Under the pieces are notes generated by a model that was not told where the DNA came from, searched no databases, and saw only the letters and a program-made list of their open reading frames with translations. Source: Microbacterium sp. (GTDB lineage: Bacteria > Actinomycetota > Actinomycetes > Actinomycetales > Microbacteriaceae). From it: a stretch of 64,000 nt of DNA. The stretch lies in assembly GCF_036566905.1 (NCBI RefSeq), contig NZ_DATCVK010000169.1, forward strand, positions 120 through 64,119, read 5' to 3'. Made by a program: the position numbers and the translations under genes. This document shows positions 29,999-39,509 of the stretch, in pieces (position 1 is the stretch's first letter; each line of letters begins with the position of its first letter).

Positions 29999-30032
29999 CG
30001 GGGGCGGGCCGACCGAAGTCGACCCGCCCCCG
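29999..30032 (-). terminator. Hairpin downstream of the sugar ABC operon
   Basis: CGGGGGCGGGCCGAC-cgaa-GTCGACCCGCCCCCG inverted repeat (1 mismatch). Confidence 0.65.
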
Positions 30033-30061
30033 TTCCCCCCAGGACTGCGGGCTCCCGCGGG

Positions 30062-31429
30062 TCAGCCCGCGGTCGCGTTCTCGTACGCCCGCATGGCCGC
30101 GGCCTGCGCGTCGGCGAGCGCCTCTTCCGGCGTCTTGTCGCCGAGCATGGCCGCGGTGATGGCGTTGTTCAGCTCGTTCTGGATGTCCTGCCCGGCGGGC
30201 GAGGAGCCGAACGACTGACCGTAGTCCAGCACGTCGTAGTACGTCGAGATGGTCTGGTCGAACCCGGCGTTGCCGCTCTCGACGACGTACTGCTCGCGGA
30301 TCGACTGGTCCGGACCCGGCGAGCCGGTGAACAGGCCGGTGTTGATGCCGCCGTCCTCCTCGCGCGTCGCAGCGCGGGCCTCACCGGCCGCGTTCCACGC
30401 GTCCTCGCCGGTCAGGTTGATCATCCACGCGCAGGCTGCGGCGGGGTTCTCTGCACCGACCGGGATGACGAAGGCCGTGCCGCCCGCGACGGAGAAGGGG
30501 TTGCCCTCGCTGTCCTTGAACGGCACTGCCTCGATCTGGATCTGGTCGACGTACGGCGACAGCACGTTCGGGTACCACTGGGCGTTGACCTGCGCCCCGA
30601 CCTGGTCCTTGACGAACTGGTTCTCCTCGCCGAAGGTGTCGAACGAGTCGGTGAAGCTCTTCACCGAGGCGTAGCCGCCCTGCGCGTCGTTGATCTGCTT
30701 GAGCATGTCGATGCCGGCGATGTTGCTCGGGTCATCGAGCGTGGGCGCGCCCTTGTCGTCGATGAGTTGACCACCCATGCCGAGGATCCACAGCGGGCCT
30801 TGACCGGTCGAGACCGGGTCGAAGCCGAGGCGCGTCGGCACCCCGCCGGACTCCTGGTACATCTTGCCGATCGCGCCGAGGAGCGCGTCCGGGTTGGAGG
30901 TGTCCATCTCTTCGGTGGTGACGCCCGCCTGGTCCATCACCCGCTTGTTCAGGATGATCGCCGGGGGCTGGTAGAACTGCGGCACCGCCCAGACCTCGTC
31001 GTCGTAGCGGATGTCGTCCACGACGAACGGGTACCAGTAGTCGTCGGGCGTGACGTCGTGCGCTTCGAAGCAGGCGTCCAGCGGGATGATCAGGTCCTGC
31101 GCCGCGTACTGCGTCACGTAGCGCCGGTCCATCTGCACGACGTCGGGCACGTCGCCGCTCGCGATGCGAGTGGTGAACTTCTGGGCGTCGAAGGCGGTCG
31201 CGTCGAGCTCGACGTCGACGTCGCTCAGCTGCTCGTCCGCGTAGTCCACCCGCGACTGGCCGACGTCGTCGGCGTTCTCGAAGCCCCATGCCGTGAGCGA
31301 CCCGGTCGGTTCGGCATCGAAGTCGACGTCACCGCCCGTACCGCCGCCGCCGTTGCCGCCGCCTCCGCAGCCGGCGAGGAGGACAGCGGATGCCGCGAGT
31401 GCGGCGATTCCGATCATGCGCTTGCGCAT
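30062..31429 (-). CDS. Carbohydrate ABC transporter substrate-binding lipoprotein
   Basis: Lipobox LAGC, GDVPDVVQMD, GDKTPEEALADAQ. Confidence 0.9.
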   Translation of the reverse strand: MRKRMIGIAALAASAVLLAGCGGGGNGGGGTGGDVDFDAEPTGSLTAWGFENADDVGQSRVDYADEQLSDVDVELDATAFDAQKFTTRIASGDVPDVVQMDRRYVTQYAAQDLIIPLDACFEAHDVTPDDYWYPFVVDDIRYDDEVWAVPQFYQPPAIILNKRVMDQAGVTTEEMDTSNPDALLGAIGKMYQESGGVPTRLGFDPVSTGQGPLWILGMGGQLIDDKGAPTLDDPSNIAGIDMLKQINDAQGGYASVKSFTDSFDTFGEENQFVKDQVGAQVNAQWYPNVLSPYVDQIQIEAVPFKDSEGNPFSVAGGTAFVIPVGAENPAAACAWMINLTGEDAWNAAGEARAATREEDGGINTGLFTGSPGPDQSIREQYVVESGNAGFDQTISTYYDVLDYGQSFGSSPAGQDIQNELNNAITAAMLGDKTPEEALADAQAAAMRAYENATAG

Positions 31430-31502
31430 CTGTTTCCCTTTCGATCGGGTGTTGTGATGTGTACGTTGTGGGGTCGATGTCAGCCGCGGTGCGGCATCCG
31501 TC

Positions 31503-32453
31503 TCATCCCTTCCGGCCCTGCGTCGCGACGCCCTCGATGAAGTAGCGCTGTCCGAAGGCGAAGATGATCAGCATCGGCAGGGTGACGAGGAACGACGCCA
31601 CCATGACGTACTGGTAGTCGCCCTGGCCGCCGGCGGTCGGGCTGTACTTCGTCATGGCATACGCGATTCCCAGCGGCGCGGTGAACTCGTCTACCGTGCC
31701 GGCGTTGAGGTAGATCAGGGCGGCCTGCAGGTTGTTCCAGCTCGCCTGGAACTCGAAGAGGAACACGATGATGAACGACGGGATCGACAGCGGCATCGCG
31801 ATGCGCCAGAACAGACCCCAGTAGCTCGCGCCGTCCAACCGCGCCGCCTCGAACAACTCCTTGGGAAGACCTAGGTAGAACTGGCGCTGAAGGAAGATGT
31901 AGAAGGCCGAGCCGAAGAGGTTCATACCCCACAGCGGCACCCACGTCCCGAGGAAGCCCGTCTCCTTCCAGATGAGGTAGATCGGGATCATGGTGACGGC
32001 GCCCGGCAGCATCATCGTCGCGAGGACCAGGCCGAACAGCATGCCGCGGCCCGGGAACTTGAAGTACGCGAACCCGAACGCGACGATCGAGCTCGAGATC
32101 GCCACGGTCCCGGCAGCAAGTACCGCGATGGCGACGCTGTTCCACATCCAGCTCAGCAGGGGGAGCTGGTTCCACACTTCGACGTAGTTCTCGGGCATCC
32201 ACGTCTTGGGGATCAGCGCGTTGTCGAACACCTCGCCGCGCGGCTTCAGGCTCGCCGAGATCAGCCACACGAACGGGTAGAGGAACAGCAGCCCGAAGCC
32301 GACGAGGACGATCGTCAGGACGATGCGGCCGACGAGGGTCTTGGGCCGCGCGAAATGGCGGCGCCAGCGCGAGCGCTTCGGGACGGTGACCGCGACGGTC
32401 GCCGCCTCGGGCACGGCTCGGGCGACGCCCGGGGTCTGCAGCGACGCCGACAT
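31503..32453 (-). CDS. Carbohydrate ABC transporter permease
   Basis: EAA loop ELFEAARLDGAS, FKFPGR, QRYFIEG. Confidence 0.92.
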   Translation of the reverse strand: MSASLQTPGVARAVPEAATVAVTVPKRSRWRRHFARPKTLVGRIVLTIVLVGFGLLFLYPFVWLISASLKPRGEVFDNALIPKTWMPENYVEVWNQLPLLSWMWNSVAIAVLAAGTVAISSSIVAFGFAYFKFPGRGMLFGLVLATMMLPGAVTMIPIYLIWKETGFLGTWVPLWGMNLFGSAFYIFLQRQFYLGLPKELFEAARLDGASYWGLFWRIAMPLSIPSFIIVFLFEFQASWNNLQAALIYLNAGTVDEFTAPLGIAYAMTKYSPTAGGQGDYQYVMVASFLVTLPMLIIFAFGQRYFIEGVATQGRKG

Positions 32454-33472
32454 CAGCGGTCTCCCTCGTAGTAGACGAAACGGTTTCCGAACTTCACCTG
32501 GATGACGGTGATGATCATGATGATCACGAACAGCAACCAGGCCATGGCGGCGGCGAAGCCGAAGTTGAACTGGCGGAACGCCTGCTGGAACAGATAGATC
32601 GCATAGAAGAGGGATGCCTCGGGCGAGGCGTTGCTCTGATCTCGCCAGAACAGCAGGAAGGCCTGGTCGAACACCTGGAACGCCGCGATCGAGAGCACGA
32701 TGACGTTGAAGAACATCGCGCCGGAAATCATCGGCAGCGTGATGGAGAAGAACTTGCGGACCGCTCCGGCACCGTCGAGGGAGGCGACCTCGTACAGCTC
32801 GATGGGCACGTTCTTGAGGGCCGCGAGGAAGATCACCATGGTGCCGGCGACCGTCCACAGCGTCATGATGACGATGCTCGGCTTCACCCACGCCGGGTCG
32901 ACCAGCCACTGGGGACCTTCGATGCCGAAGATCCGCAGGAACTGGTTGATCGCTCCGGAGTTGCCGTTGAGCATCAGGAAGAAGACGGCGGCCGTGGCCA
33001 CGGCGGGCGTCATCTTCGGCAGATAGTAGAGCGTGCGCCAGAAGCCGGCCGCGCGTGCGGCGCGGTTGAGGAGCATGGCGAGAGTGAGGGCGAAGATGAT
33101 CTCGAGCGGCACCGCCATCACGACGTAGAAGAGCGTGTTCGCGAGGGAGACCCCGACGCGGGGGTCCTCGAAGAGGTTGGCGTAGTTGGCGAAGCCCACC
33201 GGCTTCGCGGTGTTGGTGGCGAGGTTGTAATTGCTGAACGAGATGTACAGGCTGTAGACCATCGCGCCCGCCGTGAACACGAGGAAGCCGATGATCCAGG
33301 GCGAGATGAACAGGTAGCCGGCCAGGGCCTCGCGCTTGTTGTAGTGCGTCTTGACCTTGCGGCCGCGCTCCCTGCGGCGGGCGCGGCCGGCGCGACCGCG
33401 GCCGTCCCTCTCATCGGACGCATCCTTGAGCGCCTCGACGACGGCATCGTTCTGCGGGGTCGTGATGCTCAT
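32453..33472 (-). CDS. Carbohydrate ABC transporter permease
   Basis: GYLFISPWIIGF, ELYEVASLDGAG, ITLPMIS. Confidence 0.92.
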   Translation of the reverse strand: MSITTPQNDAVVEALKDASDERDGRGRAGRARRRERGRKVKTHYNKREALAGYLFISPWIIGFLVFTAGAMVYSLYISFSNYNLATNTAKPVGFANYANLFEDPRVGVSLANTLFYVVMAVPLEIIFALTLAMLLNRAARAAGFWRTLYYLPKMTPAVATAAVFFLMLNGNSGAINQFLRIFGIEGPQWLVDPAWVKPSIVIMTLWTVAGTMVIFLAALKNVPIELYEVASLDGAGAVRKFFSITLPMISGAMFFNVIVLSIAAFQVFDQAFLLFWRDQSNASPEASLFYAIYLFQQAFRQFNFGFAAAMAWLLFVIIMIITVIQVKFGNRFVYYEGDR

Positions 33473-33778
33473 CGCGAATCCTCGCTCAACGGGGTCTCCG
33501 CGCCGGGCACACCAGGAGCCCGGCACCCGGTGTCAGGGGCGGTCATGCGGCGATGCTAGGCACGCCGTGTCGCGCCGATCATGGGGCTTGCGCGAGAGCC
33601 GTCTCGTGTGCTTCTGACCGGGGCTGCGCGACATCAGGACGGACCTTATCCACAGTCCGGCATCCAACGATGCGTCATCGCATCGCGCATGAGAGTGTGG
33701 CCTCATGTATGGTCTCGGCGACTCGCATCCGATGATCTCGCCGGCCGTGCGCACCGGCCCCATCCCGGTGGTCATGCG

Positions 33779-35137
33779 ATGACGACCGACCAGCAGACGC
33801 CCGATGAGCTGTCCGAGTTCGCCGATCTCATGCGGCGCGAAGAGGAGTTCCCCGGTGGCCGCTACGGGATCGACCCGAGAGTGCGACGGGCGCGTCGCCG
33901 CCGCGGCTGGATCATCACGGCCGTCGTGCTCGCCCTCCTGCTCGGGGGGTCGGGAGCCTACGTCGGCTGGGCGTTGACTGCTCCGCTCGCCGCCCCCGAT
34001 GCCGTGGTGTCGGGCACGCCCGTGGTGGCGGCACCTGCTGCCGCCACTCTCGCCTTTCCGTCGCAGGGCGCGGCGGCCATCAGCATCTCGGGAGGCGACG
34101 CCTACCTCGGTCCGACCGCGAGCGGGATCTGGGCCACCTCCGGCACCGGAGAGGCGCGCTCCATGGCCAGCATCACGAAACTGATCACCGCGATGGTGAT
34201 CCTGGAGGCGAAGCCCCTGGCCGACGAGAGCGACCCCGGGCCGACGATCACGTTCGACAAGACCGATCACGACCTTTACGACAAGTACTACGTGATGGGT
34301 GCGACGATCGCCCGCATGCCCACAGGCAGCACGATGTCGTTGCGCGACGCACTCGCCACCATGCTGATCCCGTCGGCCAGCAACTACGCCGAGGCCGTGT
34401 CGACCTGGGCGTTCGGCTCCCAAGGCGCGTTCGTCGACGCGGCGCGGAGGTGGCTCTCCGCCCACGGCCTCGCCGGCACCACCATCGTCGAACCGACCGG
34501 CATCAGCTCCCGCAACACCAGCACGCCCGCCGACCTCCTCACGATCGGCAAGCTCGCCATCGCCCATCCGACGATCGCGAGCATCGCCGCGATGCCTTCA
34601 CTGTCACTGCCCGGTCCCGGCGGGATGTCGAACACGAACACCCTTCTCGGAGTCAACGGGATCACCGGGCTGAAGACCGGCAACCTGGGCGACGACAGCT
34701 ACAACCTGCTGTACTCCGCGACGCTCGATGTGGGCGCGGCAGAGCCGCTCATCGTCGTCGGCGTCGCCATGGGCGGAGCGACCCGCCAGTCGGTCAACGG
34801 CGATGTGATCCGCACGCTCGACAGCATCAGGGCGGGCTTTCAGGACGTGCCCCTGGTCTCGCGGGGCCGGGAAGTCGGGTCCTACTCGACGCCGTGGGGT
34901 TCGACCGCGCGGATGATCGTGGCCGACGACGCATCGATCTTCACCTGGTCGGATACCCCGATCACGGCGACGATGCAGACCACGACCCCGAAGACGTACG
35001 AGGACGGCGAAGTCGTCGGAAGCATCACGTGGACAGCGGGTCCGAACACGACGACCGTCCCGCTCGAGATCGACGGAAGCATCAGCCCGCCGACCGAGTG
35101 GTGGCGCCTGACCCACCCCTCCGAACTCGGCGGCTAG
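33779..35137 (+). CDS. D-alanyl-D-alanine carboxypeptidase (S11)
   Basis: N-terminal TM, SxxK (MASITK), PSASNYA in the SxN region, KTG. Confidence 0.88.
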   Translation: MTTDQQTPDELSEFADLMRREEEFPGGRYGIDPRVRRARRRRGWIITAVVLALLLGGSGAYVGWALTAPLAAPDAVVSGTPVVAAPAAATLAFPSQGAAAISISGGDAYLGPTASGIWATSGTGEARSMASITKLITAMVILEAKPLADESDPGPTITFDKTDHDLYDKYYVMGATIARMPTGSTMSLRDALATMLIPSASNYAEAVSTWAFGSQGAFVDAARRWLSAHGLAGTTIVEPTGISSRNTSTPADLLTIGKLAIAHPTIASIAAMPSLSLPGPGGMSNTNTLLGVNGITGLKTGNLGDDSYNLLYSATLDVGAAEPLIVVGVAMGGATRQSVNGDVIRTLDSIRAGFQDVPLVSRGREVGSYSTPWGSTARMIVADDASIFTWSDTPITATMQTTTPKTYEDGEVVGSITWTAGPNTTTVPLEIDGSISPPTEWWRLTHPSELGG

Positions 35138-35158
35138 GGGCTCCGCCCGCACGCGGGA

Positions 35159-35189
35159 CGCTGCCGGCCGTTCGCGACGGCCGGCAGCG
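35159..35189. terminator. Bidirectional hairpin between convergent genes
   Basis: CGCTGCCGGCCGT-tcgcg-ACGGCCGGCAGCG perfect 13-bp stem. Confidence 0.75.
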
Positions 35190-35194
35190 CGGGC

Positions 35195-36214
35195 TCACAC
35201 CGTCAGGAGCACTTTCGTCGCGCGACGCTCGTCCATCGCCCGATAGCCTTCGGCCGCGTCCTCGATCGGCAGCGTCAGATCGAAGACCTTGCCCGGGTCG
35301 ATCCGGCGGTCCCAGATCAGCTGGATGAGCTCGGGCAGGAAGCGGCGCACCGGCGCCGGCCCGCCGTGCAGGTGCACGCCTGAGAAGAACAGCTCGAGGC
35401 CGTCGAGCGACACGTCGTGCGAGACGCCGACGTAGCCGATGTGACCGCCCGCTCGTGTCGCGCGGATAGCCTGCATCATCGACTCCTGCGTGCCGACGGC
35501 CTCGATGACGCTGTGGGCGCCGTACCCGCCGGTGAGCTCCTTGATCCTCGCGACTCCCGCGTCGCCGCGCTCCTCGACGATGTCGGTGGCGCCGAACTCG
35601 CGGGCCAGCGCCTGGCGGTCGGCGTGACGGCTCATCGCAATGATGCGCTCGGCTCCGAGCTGCCGGGCGGCGAGGATGCCGAGCAGTCCGACGGCGCCGT
35701 CGCCGACGACGGCGACGGTCTTTCCGGGACCGGCCTCCGCGGCGACAGCGGCGAACCATCCGGTGCCGAGGACGTCGGATGCCGCGAGCAGCGACGGGAC
35801 GAGGTCGTCGTCGGGCATGCCGGGCGTCGCGACGAGCGTGCCGTCGGCGAACGGCACGCGCGCGTACTCGGACTGCGTGCCGAGGGCACCCATCGGGTAC
35901 GCATGGATGCAGCGCGACTGATACCCGGCCTGGCAGATCTCGCAGGTGTTGTCGGAGGCGAAGAACGATCCGACGACGAAGTCGCCGACCCGCAGGGTCT
36001 TGACGTCGTCGCCGATCTCGGTGACGACCCCGACATACTCGTGCCCCATCGGGGTGTGATCGACGTCGTCGTCACCCCGGTACGGCCACAGGTCCGACCC
36101 GCAGATGCAGGTGGCTGCGAGGCGGATGATCGCGTCGGTGGGCTCGACGATGGTCGGGTCCTCCCGGTCCTCGACGCGGATGTCCCCGGGTGCGTACATG
36201 ACGACGGCGCGCAT
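35195..36214 (-). CDS. Zinc-dependent alcohol dehydrogenase (MDR family)
   Basis: CICGSD, GHEYVG, CEIC...C, GDGAVG. Confidence 0.93.
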   Translation of the reverse strand: MRAVVMYAPGDIRVEDREDPTIVEPTDAIIRLAATCICGSDLWPYRGDDDVDHTPMGHEYVGVVTEIGDDVKTLRVGDFVVGSFFASDNTCEICQAGYQSRCIHAYPMGALGTQSEYARVPFADGTLVATPGMPDDDLVPSLLAASDVLGTGWFAAVAAEAGPGKTVAVVGDGAVGLLGILAARQLGAERIIAMSRHADRQALAREFGATDIVEERGDAGVARIKELTGGYGAHSVIEAVGTQESMMQAIRATRAGGHIGYVGVSHDVSLDGLELFFSGVHLHGGPAPVRRFLPELIQLIWDRRIDPGKVFDLTLPIEDAAEGYRAMDERRATKVLLTV

Positions 36215-36350
36215 GTGGTTCTCCTTCGTGTGGGTCGCATCCAGTGAACTCCGTCGGCACAGCCTCAGCCAGGTCCGGCTCTGACCGGTACCGGCAGAAC
36301 CCCCCTTCGCGCTGCTGCCTCACACGACCGCGAGGATGCGGCGATCCATG

Positions 36351-36947
36351 TCAGCCCACGGCCCGCATCGCCTCCGCGAGCGGGGCGTTGTGCGCGTCGA
36401 GGTGGGAGGCGATGCCGTCGCGCACCTCTGCGGGCTTGTTCTGGCTCAGCTTGGCGCGGGCGTCGAACCGTGTGACGCGCAGGCGCAGCCCGACGGTCCC
36501 CTTCGCGATGCGGCGGGTGCCCGACTCGTCCTCGGCGAGGCTGCGACCGTGGGGATGTCCCTGCTCGAAGTGGTCGGTGAGCTGCGCGAGCATGGCGTAG
36601 TTCGCCTCGTCGGAGAGGATCTCCGGCGTGCCGTAGAGGTGGGCGGTCACGTGGTTCCACGTCGGAACGAGATCCCCTGGCGCGTACCAGCTCGACGACA
36701 CATAGTCGTGCGGCCCTTGGATGATGACGAGCATCTCGTGCTGCCCGAGCTCATGGAGCTCGTCGTCGGGACGCCCGAAGTGGCTGAGGACGACGATGTC
36801 GTCGGCTTGCTCGTCGAGGAGCACCGGATAGTGCGAGGCCACCAGCCCGTCGGGCGTGTGCGAGACGAACGTGGCCCACGGGTGATGGCGGATGAGCGCC
36901 TTCACCTGCTCGGGGTCGGTCATGAGGTATCGGGGCGTATGACGCAT
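36351..36947 (-). CDS. FMN-binding PaiB-family protein
   Basis: GPHDYVSSSWY, VPTWNHVTAHLYG, KLSQNK. Confidence 0.88.
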   Translation of the reverse strand: MRHTPRYLMTDPEQVKALIRHHPWATFVSHTPDGLVASHYPVLLDEQADDIVVLSHFGRPDDELHELGQHEMLVIIQGPHDYVSSSWYAPGDLVPTWNHVTAHLYGTPEILSDEANYAMLAQLTDHFEQGHPHGRSLAEDESGTRRIAKGTVGLRLRVTRFDARAKLSQNKPAEVRDGIASHLDAHNAPLAEAMRAVG

Positions 36948-37889
36948 CAGGTGTCCTTTCGGGTGAGTCGGGTGCGGACGGCGAGGCCCGCGCAGGCGAT
37001 GACGGCGAGTCCTCCAAGCACGGTGAGCAGGCCGATCCGCTCGTGCAGGAGGACGGCCGACCACAGGAGGCCGAGCACGGGCTGGACGAGCTGGACCTGA
37101 CTGACGTGGGCGATCGGACCGATCGCAAGACCGCGGTACCAGGCGAAGAATCCCAGGAACATGCTGACGACCGCGAGATAGGCGAACGCCGCCCACTCGA
37201 CCGCTGTCGCCGCGGGCGGCTGCTGCACGACGGCCACGATCGTCGCGACGATCATCAGCGGCGCGGCCAGCAGGAGTGCCCACGACACGGTCTGCCAGGC
37301 GCCGAGCTCGCGGGCGAGCAGACCGCCCTCCGCGTAGCCCATGGCGCACAGCAGCACCGCGAGGAACAGCAGCAGGTCGGCTTCGTCCAGTTCTCCGAGC
37401 CCTCCGTTCTGCAGCGATGCGAAGGTCATGGCCGCCACCGCACCGAGGCTCGCGAACACCCAGAACGACCTGGCCGGGCGCTCCTTGCCGCGCAGCACCG
37501 CCATCACCGCCGTCGCTGCGGGAAGGATGCCGATGACGACGACCCGCATGGCTGGCCGGCGCCGACGTGAGCGCGAACGACGTCAGCAGCGGGAACCCGA
37601 CGACGACGCCCGCGGCGACGACCGCCAGCCGGGCCCACTGCCTGGCCGTCGGCGCGGGGACGGTGCTCGGACGCCGTCGGCGGGCGATCGAGAGGGCGAG
37701 CACGGCGAGGGCTGCGGCGACCACGGCGCGACCCGATCCGATGAACAGCGGCGACAGCCCACCGACCGCGGCGCGCGTGAACGGAAGGGTGAACGAGAAG
37801 GCCACGATGCCGAGCAGTCCCCATCCCAGACCATTGAGCCGGGGTAGCACTGTTGGCTCGTGGAGAGTAGCGCTACTCTGTTCTGTCAT
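36947..37889 (-). pseudogene. DMT/EamA transporter with a frameshift (pseudogene or sequencing error)
   Basis: FSFTLPFTR...GFPLLTSFALTSAPASH in one frame and VVIGILPAATAV...FFAWYRGLAIGPIAHVSQVQLVQP in another; the shift is at about 37543-37545. Confidence 0.8.
37864..37879. promoter_or_regulatory. Perfect 16-bp palindrome, probable MocR operator
   Basis: AGAGTAGCGCTACTCT, with flanking related half-sites (TAGCACT) at about 37844 and 37899. Confidence 0.55.
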
Positions 37890-39300
37890 GAGTCAGGATA
37901 GCACTGCGCGGATGACCGCTGAGCTGCGCGCCTGGATCGCCGCGGCGCCGCCGGGAGCCCAGCTGCCCTCGAACCGCGCGCTGGTCGCGCGGTACGGTGC
38001 GAGCCCCGTCACCGTGCAGAAGGCCATGCGCCACCTCATCGGCGCCGGTCTGGTGGAGAGCCGCCCGGGGGTGGGGACGTTCGTGCGCGCGGTGCGGACC
38101 GCACGTCCCGCGGACTACGGCTGGCAGACCGCAGCCCTCGGCGCTCCCCCGGCGCGCGTATCGATGCTCTCCTCGACGCAGCGATCGGTGGCACCCGACG
38201 CCATCGGGCTGCACTCCGGGTATCCGGCATCCGATCTGCTTCCGGAGCGCGCGGTACGTGCCGCGATCGCCCGCGCGGCACGCACCCATGCGGCCATCGC
38301 CCGCTCGCCCGTCGCCGGGATGCCGGAGCTTCAGGAGTGGTTCGCCCAGGAGCTCTCCGGCGCCGCCCCTGCGGGCGTCACGCCCCCCACTGCCCGGGAC
38401 GTGCTCATCATCTCGGGCAGTCAGAGCGGGCTGTCGTCGATCTTCCGCGCCGTGGTGGGTCCGGGACAGCCGCTCGTCATCGAATCGCCCACGTACTGGG
38501 GCGCGATGCTGGCCGCCGAGCAGGCCGGCGTCACCCTGGTGCCCGTCCCCTCCGGGGCGTTCGGCCCTGACCCCGACGAGGTCGATCGCGCGCTGGAGCG
38601 CAGCGGTGCGCGTGCGTTCTACGCCCAGCCCACGTTCGCCAACCCGACGGGCGGGCAGTGGCCGACCTCGACCTCCGACGCCGTGCTCGAGGTCTGCCGC
38701 CGGCGCGGGGCGTTCCTCATCGAGGACGATTGGGCGCACGATCTCGCGATCGACGCCGATCCGCGTCCGATCGCGGCGCACGACGACGACGGGCACGTGA
38801 TCTACGTGCGCTCCCTCACCAAGAGCGTCTCGCCCGCACTGCGGGTGGCGGCCGTGATCGCCCGCGGACCGGCACGCGAGCGCATCCTCACCGACCGCGC
38901 CGCCGAGTCCATGTACGTCAGCGGGCTGCTGCAGGCGGCAGCGCTCGATGTGGTGACCCAGCCGTCGTGGCGCAGTCACCTGCGGGCGCTGCGCCCGCAG
39001 CTGCGCAGCCGCCGCGACCTCCTGCTCGACGGCCTGCGCGAGCACGCGCCCACCGCCCACATCGACTCCGTCCCCGCCGGCGGCCTCAACCTGTGGGCGC
39101 GCCTGCCCGACGGGGTGGACGCCGCGCGGGTCGTCCGCGAGTGCGAGGCGCGCGGGCTCATCATCGCGCCCGGCGACGAGTGGTTCCCTGCGGAGCCCTC
39201 AGGTCCCTACGTGCGCCTCAACTATTCGAGCGAAGCCCCGGCTCGCTTCCCGGAGGCCGCGCGCATCTTCGGCGAGGTGCTCGACAGCATCGGCGATTGA
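37888..39300 (+). CDS. GntR/MocR-family PLP-dependent regulator
   Basis: wHTH LPSNRALVARYGASPVTVQKA...GVGTFV; aminotransferase domain ESPTY, NPTG, IEDD, SLTKSVSPALRV. Confidence 0.93.
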   Translation: MSQDSTARMTAELRAWIAAAPPGAQLPSNRALVARYGASPVTVQKAMRHLIGAGLVESRPGVGTFVRAVRTARPADYGWQTAALGAPPARVSMLSSTQRSVAPDAIGLHSGYPASDLLPERAVRAAIARAARTHAAIARSPVAGMPELQEWFAQELSGAAPAGVTPPTARDVLIISGSQSGLSSIFRAVVGPGQPLVIESPTYWGAMLAAEQAGVTLVPVPSGAFGPDPDEVDRALERSGARAFYAQPTFANPTGGQWPTSTSDAVLEVCRRRGAFLIEDDWAHDLAIDADPRPIAAHDDDGHVIYVRSLTKSVSPALRVAAVIARGPARERILTDRAAESMYVSGLLQAAALDVVTQPSWRSHLRALRPQLRSRRDLLLDGLREHAPTAHIDSVPAGGLNLWARLPDGVDAARVVRECEARGLIIAPGDEWFPAEPSGPYVRLNYSSEAPARFPEAARIFGEVLDSIGD

Positions 39301-39309
39301 CGCCGTCAC

Positions 39310-39485
39310 CCGGTCGTTGAGCGAGCGAGGAACGAGCGATATGCACGTCTCCGTCGCCTCGCTCAACGACCGACATGCAGCATCCCCCGGTCGTTGAGCG
39401 AGCGAGGAACGAGCGAGACGAAACGCGCCGAGCCTCCCGCAGGGCTCGAGCGCGTTTCGTCTCGCTTCGCTCGCTCAACGACCGG
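39310..39485. repeat. Two tandem REP/REPIN-like palindromic elements
   Basis: CCGGTCGTTGAGCGAGCGAGGAACGAGCGA at 39310 and 39387, each closed by the inverted arm (C)GCTCAACGACCG. The second copy also has the inner arms GAGACGAAACGCG/CGCGTTTCGTCTC. Confidence 0.85.
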
Positions 39486-39509
39486 AGAGCGGCATCCGTC
39501 CGCGAGCCG

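Noticed and set aside
30062-33472. Sugar ABC operon lacking an ATPase gene
   Set aside because: Normal in Actinobacteria, where a shared MsiK-type ATPase is used.
39310-39485. CRISPR array
   Set aside because: Only two repeat units, each a long self-complementary element; no spacer series and no cas genes.
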